A DNA stretch of 64,000 nucleotides, from positions 77,762 to 141,761 of the forward strand of contig JAQGHG010000012.1 of NCBI GenBank assembly GCA_028288925.1, given 5' to 3'. Shown here one piece after another: positions 57,554 to 64,000 of the stretch. The number at the start of each line of letters is the position of its first letter. Position 1 is the first letter of the stretch. Position numbers and translations under genes: made by a program. A model generated the notes under the pieces. It was not told the origin of the DNA, made no database searches, and saw only the letters and a program-made list of their open reading frames with translations. This DNA comes from Patescibacteria group bacterium (GTDB lineage Bacteria > Patescibacteriota > Saccharimonadia > UBA4664).

Positions 57554-58154
57554 ATGACGAAACAAGCAACCATTCACGCCTATGACCGCTACTCGGATAT
57601 TTACGACCGAGAAGTAATAGATTTTTGGGCTAATTTTCCTACATCAACTATCGAGGCATTTCTGCAAAGCATCTCGGGCAAAAAGATTCTGAATGTGGGC
57701 AGCGGTAGCGGACGAGACGCGTTGCTGCTACGCCAGCACGGATTGGATGTGGTTTGCGTTGATGGTTCCGAAGAAATGGTCTGCCACGGAGCATCTGGGT
57801 TTCAAAAGCCACGCCCAAACATTTGATGTGCTGGAATTCCCAAAGAACTCCTTTGACGGAGCCTGGGCCTATACATCACTTATTCATGTTCCTCCAGCCG
57901 AGGCTAGCGCGACAATTAACAAGATAGCCACATTTCTACGGCCCAAAGGAACGTTGCTCACCGGAATTATTATTGGCAAGGGTTCCAAAACGGTAGAAAG
58001 AGAATCGATGCCAGGCGTCAAACGATTTTTTCAGTATTACCAGCCTGATGAAATAGCCTCGCTTGTAGAATCGGCAGGCTTTAAAATGGTATTCCAAGAA
58101 GAATATCAACCTCATAGCACGGTCTATCTAAACCAGGTTTACGAACTGGCATAG
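57554..58154 (+). pseudogene. Class I SAM methyltransferase with one frameshift near 57780
   Basis: ILNVGSGSGRD...VDGSEEM in one frame; FDGAWAYTSLIH...LRPKG in the +1 frame. Confidence 0.75.
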
Positions 58155-58432
58155 CCACGAGTCGCTGAGACATCGCCACGTAGCGTGGCGTTAACAGCGC
58201 ACACAATGATCCACCATATTTTAGATAATTTCTATCAGAAGCCAAAACCAGCTTTCCTGTTTTAATAGAAACTGGAGTTATTTTTGGGTAGCTAGCCCCT
58301 CAAAGAGATAAAAGCGAATTCAAATCCTATCGATCGGCTCACTCTCGAAGATTATGCCCTACGTTGCCCTCCAGAACCTAGCTTTGGTACCCTCGTCATA
58401 CGTGGCTTGACGGGATCTGATATTATTTTTAC

Positions 58433-60160
58433 ATGGCCCATAAACCTAAAAAGTTTCGGCAGAAAACGGACGCAATACTCGCCAGTAGGTCGGTCACGGC
58501 CACAACTCATGAGCTTACCGATGTACGAATCATACGTAGCCGGTGGTGGCAGCTACGGCCGCCGTTTTGGTTGGCGGTAGCGGTAATTATACTGGTTGGT
58601 TTTGCGGTATATTTCTCAGGTTTATCAAATGACTTCGTATTAGACGATGCCCGGCAGATCGTCAATAACCCCTCGATCCAGTCAGGAACAAATTGGGGAC
58701 AGCTATTTAGTGGCAGCACTGGCTATTCCGGGTACGTCGACGGCAAGCTCATCGGCGCCTACTACCGCCCATTGATGATGGTCTCGTATTCCTTTATATA
58801 CTCAATGTTCGGTCAAGATCAGGTCGCGTTTCATGTCATTCAACTCTCATTACACATCGCCGTAGCCGTTGTTCTGCTCATGTTTCTCCGCTATACTTTT
58901 AAGCCTGTTCTGGCGCTTGGCTTGGCGTTAATTTTTCTCGCCCATCCTGTCAATAGCCAATCAGTATTCTACATCGCTTCACTACAAGAGCCGCTCTATA
59001 TGCTATTCGGGCTATTGGCTCTGTGGCTGCTATTAAAGTTTGACTCAAAGAAGAGCCTCGTGGCCGTTGCGGTCTGTCTGTTTGTGTCGCTCCTCGCCAA
59101 AGAGTCAGGCATCTTGTTTGTTGTCATGTCGGCGGTTTACTTGTTCATATACAATCGCCAGCGGTTATACACATTCCTGGTGCTCATGGCCTTGCCGCTT
59201 GTCGTATACGTTGCGCTCCGCACCCACGCCCTCGGGCTACCTCACAATCCTCACCTTGCTCAAATTGATGATCTCTCTATTTGGGGCCGCCTAGCATCAA
59301 TGCCGGCCATTCTTTTCTGGTATATATCAGTTTTCTTCTTACCGTTCCAGTTCGCTCACGCATATTACTGGACCGTACCGACACTCTCCATTACAGGTTT
59401 TTGGCTACCGTTATTGGCTGATAGTCTCTCCATTGCAGCATTGTCGTACCTGACCGCTGTAGTTAAGCGAAGGTTACCAAACGCATATTACCGGACCTAC
59501 TTATTCTTTGGGATTTGGTTTGCTCTAGGGATGATGCTGGTTTCGCAAGTCTTCCCACTTGATCTGACTGTCAGCCCGTCATGGTTTTATTTTCCAATCA
59601 TCGGGCTGCTAGGTATGCTTGGCATTGCTTCGATGCTGATCCGGTGGCCTCGGCTTCCGGGCTACGTACCAATTATCGTTATCTCTGTTATTATTGGGCT
59701 GTTAAGCATGAGGACGGCGGTCAGGGGGTTTGATTGGGTCAATGACACTACCTTGGCTGCCCGGGACGCTAAACTCTCACCCGATGACTACAACGCGCAA
59801 TTTGAAATTGCGCACGGTCTAGTACTAAGGGGTAAGTTTAATGAGGCGAGGCCATATGCCCAGCGAGCAGTAGAACTCTACCCAACCGCCGTTAACTATG
59901 AGTTATTGGCGGACATCTGCTTATGGAGTGGCGACATCCAATCTAATCGCGCTACCATTAAAAGTGGCCTCAAACACTATCCCGGCCATCCAGCATTGTG
60001 GCTGGATCTGGCCATTATTGATGAGAACAGCGGCCTCCAGGATGAGGCGAAGGACGCCATCGCTCAGGCCTATAGACTAGCGCATACCTCGGGCATGGAA
60101 AGCTACTACACGAGCATCATGAATGGTGAGCACATTAATGTCTCGCCGGTCAGCAACTAA
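58433..60160 (+). CDS. TMTC-like GT-C glycosyltransferase with C-terminal TPRs
   Basis: FVLDD...IVNNP, YYRPL, HPVN..SV.YI, LAKESG, TPR-like tail. Confidence 0.8.
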   Translation: MAHKPKKFRQKTDAILASRSVTATTHELTDVRIIRSRWWQLRPPFWLAVAVIILVGFAVYFSGLSNDFVLDDARQIVNNPSIQSGTNWGQLFSGSTGYSGYVDGKLIGAYYRPLMMVSYSFIYSMFGQDQVAFHVIQLSLHIAVAVVLLMFLRYTFKPVLALGLALIFLAHPVNSQSVFYIASLQEPLYMLFGLLALWLLLKFDSKKSLVAVAVCLFVSLLAKESGILFVVMSAVYLFIYNRQRLYTFLVLMALPLVVYVALRTHALGLPHNPHLAQIDDLSIWGRLASMPAILFWYISVFFLPFQFAHAYYWTVPTLSITGFWLPLLADSLSIAALSYLTAVVKRRLPNAYYRTYLFFGIWFALGMMLVSQVFPLDLTVSPSWFYFPIIGLLGMLGIASMLIRWPRLPGYVPIIVISVIIGLLSMRTAVRGFDWVNDTTLAARDAKLSPDDYNAQFEIAHGLVLRGKFNEARPYAQRAVELYPTAVNYELLADICLWSGDIQSNRATIKSGLKHYPGHPALWLDLAIIDENSGLQDEAKDAIAQAYRLAHTSGMESYYTSIMNGEHINVSPVSN

Positions 60161-60271
60161 CTAGTGTAACAAAGCTCGTACAAACAACTTAAAACTCTTG
60201 TGTCTATTGACAAACGTATTCTTGGGGTAGAACCTAAAAGCAACATCAAAACTCGAAAGGTCCTAACAAAA

Positions 60272-63109
60272 ATGCGCCCCAGAATGAGTAATATCTTTTT
60301 TAGGTTAGCAATACCTGGAGTGCTAGCTTTTTTGTTTGCCGTCTTTAACCACGTCGGAACTGCATCAGCTGCAGTATGCGATCCGAGCGCGTCGGTTCAC
60401 ATTACGGGCAGTATCACAAGCCAGAATGGGGCCGGAGTAGGAAACGTAACTGTGACGGCTAATGCGGCGGGCGCAAGCACGGCAGAGTATGGTCCATGCT
60501 TCTCGCTTACCAATGGTACGTATGAGATTGATGTGGCGCCGGGCACGTATGATTTACATTTCAATCCGCCAAGTACCAGTAATCTCAATCCTGTCATCGA
60601 CACTAACTATACGGTGATGACAGACCAAGTGCTCAATATCCAGTTCGCCCCCGTCACCCGTACCTTCTCGGGCGTCCTGCGTGACCAGACCGGCGCTCCC
60701 ATTCCGGGTGTCTCTCTGGAGCTGGATACGAGTTCCGGCAGCACAGCCAAGAGCGTCTGCACTGACGCCAACGGCAACTTTAGCATGACGGTCTCGGCCG
60801 GAGCATATGTTCCCTACGTTTCCTGGGCATCCTACTACTGCGGCGGTGCTACAAACATATTCACCAACAAGTTTAATACCATTGCCCTCAGGGGCACTTC
60901 CGCTGACATCGACCTCACAAATAGCGACATGGCCCAGGACCTCCAGCTTAGTATTGCTACAGTCACAGTCACGCTAAAAGATGCCAACGGCAACCCCATA
61001 AGCGGGTCTAACGTCACTGCTCAGCCAGGCACAAGTACGAATACACCGTTACTGCCAGGAGGCCCAGGTGAGCTCAAGCCCATCGACGCAAACTTTGCCG
61101 CCAGCCATGCTACTACAGACCAGAACGGCACCGCCCAATTACCGGTATTCAAAGGCCTCTCGTTTGCCCAAAATCAAGGCAAACAGTCGCTAGGAGATAA
61201 CCTCTGTGGCTCGTCGAGTGCTGGCCCAATCTGCATAGATTCTCCGCTAACGGCCAGCGGGGATGTGGCCGTCGTTCTCCAGCGAGCTCCTTCTACTCCC
61301 GGCACACCCACAAGCCTCTCCGCTACTACCCCTACCCCCACAGCACCAGTTCTTACCTGGAACGCCGTAACTGGCGCCGCCAACTACCGCGTCTACCGCG
61401 ACGGACTGCAAACCGGCACAGCTACCACCCCCAACTTTGTCGACTCAGCTCTTAATACGAGCGGTTCATACAACTACACCGTTACCGCCGTGAATGCCCA
61501 GGATATCGAAAGCGCTAGTTCCGCACCGGTAACTGTCATTTACGACATCACCCCACCCGCGGTCATCAATGCCGCTGTAAGCCCCACTACTGTCGATCAA
61601 GGCGGCAGCACTATCCTCAGCGCTGACGTCACCGATAATCTCACCGGCGTCACAAGCGCGGAATACTTCGAAGGCACCGACCCTGGGCAAGGGAGTGGTA
61701 CCGCTATGACCATTAGTGGCGACGCAGCCACCGCCACTGTCGGTAGCACGCTCAACCCAGGTATCCACACACTCAGCGTTCGCGCCAAGGACGGTGTCGA
61801 CAATTGGAGTAATCCCGTTACCGTAACCCTCACCGTTAAACTTGCCGCACCCGCAGGTCTCCATGCTGCTACTCCCACTAACAATCCCAGCCTTAGTTGG
61901 AGCGCCGTCATCGGCACCAACCATTACGACATCTACCGCGATAGCACAAAAGTCGGCTCAGTCGCTACAGTCAGCTACACCGATGCCGCAGCCACCGAGG
62001 GTAGTCGCACCTACTACGTCGTAGCTGTCACCGCCGACAATGTCGTAAGCGATCCCTCTAGCACCATTACGATAGTAATCGACAAAACCAACCCCACCAT
62101 CACTACCGCCGTTACGCCTACTCCCAACGCTGCCGGCTGGAACAACACGAGCGTCACAGTCACTTTTACCTGCTCCGACGCTTCCGGTGTTGCCTCCTGC
62201 ACCTCACCCATCGCCTTCGTCTCTGAAGGCAAGAACCAAACCACTACAGGCACCGCCACGGACAATGCTGGCAATACCGCTACCGTCTCAACGACCATTC
62301 GCATCGACAGAACCGCCCCCACTGTCTCAAGTCCCACCTGGTCCGCTAACCCCATACCCGCCAACGCCACTACCACACTCACAGTCCCCACAGCCGACGC
62401 TCTCTCTGTGGTAACCGGTGGTGAGTACTTCATTGGCACCGATCCCGGACAGGGGAGTGGTACGGCCATGACCTACAGCGCCGGTAATCTCTCGGCCACA
62501 CTTGGCTCAAGCCTGTCAGTTGGCGTGTACGACATCGGCGTTCGAGCCAAAGATACCGCTGGCAACTGGAGCCTCACTACCACCACAATGCTTGTCGTCA
62601 ACGACCCCACTACGACTCTGGGTATCTCCGGTAAGAACAAAAAAGACCTTGTACCCAGACTCGCCGCTGGCGACATCCTGCCCGGTCTCACCAGCCCCAC
62701 CCAAACTGATGCCGCCGATTATGGCATGACCGTCAGCTACAAGAACGGTGTCCTCGACACTCACAACGCCTTCCACCTCACCTACGCCACCGGCGCTAAT
62801 TGTGGTAAGCCCACCGCCCAAAACTGTCATACCTTCACGCTTGATGCTACCAGCTTCGATTGGCTCATCGTTGACCAAGCCAACAATTCCCGAGGTCGGT
62901 TCCAGGGACTCGCCACTCTTACCATTGATGGCGTTACTACCGCCAATCCCTTCACCATAATGAGCATCGACGGCGACCGTTTAACGCCCAACGCCAACGA
63001 CTCCCTCGTTCTCAAAGTCTATGCGCCTGGTGCCAACCCTGCCACCACCGCGGCTATTTATCAGGCCTCTGGGTCTATGGCTAAGGGGAACGGTGTAAAG
63101 ATTCAGTAA
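60272..63109 (+). CDS. Large secreted Thr-rich beta-sandwich repeat protein (carboxypeptidase-regulatory-like, FN3, Ig-like)
   Basis: Signal peptide (ASA), TDANG motifs, LTWNAV..A..Y.VYRDG, duplicated EYF.GTDPGQGSGTAMT, D.T.P linkers; start uncertain. Confidence 0.8.
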   Translation: MRPRMSNIFFRLAIPGVLAFLFAVFNHVGTASAAVCDPSASVHITGSITSQNGAGVGNVTVTANAAGASTAEYGPCFSLTNGTYEIDVAPGTYDLHFNPPSTSNLNPVIDTNYTVMTDQVLNIQFAPVTRTFSGVLRDQTGAPIPGVSLELDTSSGSTAKSVCTDANGNFSMTVSAGAYVPYVSWASYYCGGATNIFTNKFNTIALRGTSADIDLTNSDMAQDLQLSIATVTVTLKDANGNPISGSNVTAQPGTSTNTPLLPGGPGELKPIDANFAASHATTDQNGTAQLPVFKGLSFAQNQGKQSLGDNLCGSSSAGPICIDSPLTASGDVAVVLQRAPSTPGTPTSLSATTPTPTAPVLTWNAVTGAANYRVYRDGLQTGTATTPNFVDSALNTSGSYNYTVTAVNAQDIESASSAPVTVIYDITPPAVINAAVSPTTVDQGGSTILSADVTDNLTGVTSAEYFEGTDPGQGSGTAMTISGDAATATVGSTLNPGIHTLSVRAKDGVDNWSNPVTVTLTVKLAAPAGLHAATPTNNPSLSWSAVIGTNHYDIYRDSTKVGSVATVSYTDAAATEGSRTYYVVAVTADNVVSDPSSTITIVIDKTNPTITTAVTPTPNAAGWNNTSVTVTFTCSDASGVASCTSPIAFVSEGKNQTTTGTATDNAGNTATVSTTIRIDRTAPTVSSPTWSANPIPANATTTLTVPTADALSVVTGGEYFIGTDPGQGSGTAMTYSAGNLSATLGSSLSVGVYDIGVRAKDTAGNWSLTTTTMLVVNDPTTTLGISGKNKKDLVPRLAAGDILPGLTSPTQTDAADYGMTVSYKNGVLDTHNAFHLTYATGANCGKPTAQNCHTFTLDATSFDWLIVDQANNSRGRFQGLATLTIDGVTTANPFTIMSIDGDRLTPNANDSLVLKVYAPGANPATTAAIYQASGSMAKGNGVKIQ

Positions 63110-63472
63110 TACGATATCGGTTACGTACTCAAGGTGAAATCGTCCGATATCCCCTCGACTCGATCCGACCACAATCTCGCAACTACCATTATGAGATAGG
63201 ATCTTGGAATTGGGTAATCGCATCTCCGGCCTGCGCGCCATAAACTACATCATGCTCGACAGGATGTCGCGTATTCATGACAGTCCGCAAGTTCGATTAA
63301 TAAGAAGATTTGAAACGGATAAAAACCGAGGTATCATGATGCTGACTACTCGCTGTCGGTACTGGCGCTTTCATCCAAGAGTTCGCGTGTCTCTTTTGCC
63401 TCGTATTCAGGATCATCGCCAAAAGTTATATTAACGTCTCCCATGCTCCACCATGGAATCATCCAACAAAGA

Positions 63473-63496
63473 GAGAGCCTTCGCGGCTCTTTTTTG
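63473..63496 (+). terminator. Terminator after last tRNA 3' repeat
   Basis: GAGAGCC-TTCGC-GGCTCTTTTTTG. Confidence 0.75.
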
Positions 63497-63572
63497 TTAT
63501 TTATGACAAAGCTCCTCGACTTTCTCAGCTTATACTTAATAAATACTAGCAAAAACACAGGAGGTAGCCGAT

Positions 63573-64000
63573 TTGAAGCAAATATACCTAAAGATCCTAG
63601 CCATAGTAACGATAACGCTCGGGAGTATGGCCGCGCCAATTGTTTCGGCCGCAAACTCCAGCCCGGGTTCAGGTGGCCTCGCGGACTATAACGCCAGCGG
63701 TAAAACCACCGCGGATGGCACGCCGCTCACCCACTGGGCCGCGGGACGGGGCGCCGGACCCGTGGCTACCCTAAAGTCGGCTCCCGATTTAACGGCGCTC
63801 GCCGCCACCACGCCCGAGCCAGAATGTCCGTTGGAGCTCAAGCGCAAATGCCACTTTGTGCCGGCCGCTTATCAGCAAGTCGATCCTAACGATTCATCAA
63901 ATTACGGCAACTACGACTTGGCCGAGCGCCCATCCAACGGCCTCAAGGTAAATTCGGTGGTGATCCACGACACCGAAGGCTCGCTAGCCGACACCTTGGC
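63573..64000 (+). CDS. Secreted N-acetylmuramoyl-L-alanine amidase (Amidase_2), truncated by window end
   Basis: Manual translation: AGGAGG SD, TTG start, signal peptide MKQIYLKILAIV..., ECP...C.FVPAAY...YGNYDLAERP...VVIHDTEGS. Confidence 0.8.
   Translation, partial: MKQIYLKILAIVTITLGSMAAPIVSAANSSPGSGGLADYNASGKTTADGTPLTHWAAGRGAGPVATLKSAPDLTALAATTPEPECPLELKRKCHFVPAAYQQVDPNDSSNYGNYDLAERPSNGLKVNSVVIHDTEGSLADTL

Larger units (their letters stand above)
56885..63454 (+). mobile_element. Tandem cassette array at tRNA-Ala 3' end (units of 578, 743 and 5237 bp)
   Basis: ATG(C/A)TCCACCAT at 56885, 57463, 58206 and 63443; shared flanking arms; no integrase inside. Confidence 0.75.

Noticed and set aside
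1333-62878. Many long antisense or alternate-frame ORFs (e.g. 38851-40035 -, 48669-49691 -, 25676-26383 -)
   Set aside because: They shadow well-supported genes and are expected from high GC3 bias.
63110-63442. Integrase remnant at the end of cassette 3
   Set aside because: Short ORFs on both strands show no recognisable tyrosine or serine recombinase motif.
56885-63454. CRISPR array or integron attC array
   Set aside because: Repeats are tRNA 3' ends spaced by hundreds to thousands of bp; no cas or intI gene and no convincing RYYYAAC...GTTRRRY attC hairpins.
1-64000. Alternative genetic code (TGA=Gly)
   Set aside because: Conserved genes are full length under code 11 and several ORFs end at TGA with ATGA/GTGA coupling.

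Overview
High-GC bacterial chromosome segment, almost all genes on the + strand, standard code (TGA used as stop). Gene content points to Patescibacteria, probably Saccharimonadia (inference): short AlaRS, ftsA-like/baseplate-J-like/ruvX/mltG cluster, and many apparently leaderless genes. In order it holds a surface-glycan locus (1-10.6 kb), a TasA-like/SipW locus, pyk-pgk-tpiA, an intein-containing pcrA, pyrH, rpfB-like, rsmA, metG, tatD, a Y1/RAYT transposase, iscS-mnmA-alaS, ftsA-like...mltG, obg, an ABC exporter and tRNA-Ala(CGC). Four things stand out. (1) An integrase-free tandem array of small gene cassettes behind tRNA-Ala, bounded by four copies of the tRNA 3' end with shared arms. 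(2) Three copies of a ~100-nt hairpin element with a gapless 53-nt core and fully co-varied outer stems, one inserted in-frame in pcrA. (3) A ~390-nt highly structured unit with no credible ORF and its own sigma70 promoter and terminator (candidate new ncRNA). (4) A SipW peptidase fused to a copy of its own substrate signal. All product calls come from motif recognition by eye; no database searches were run.
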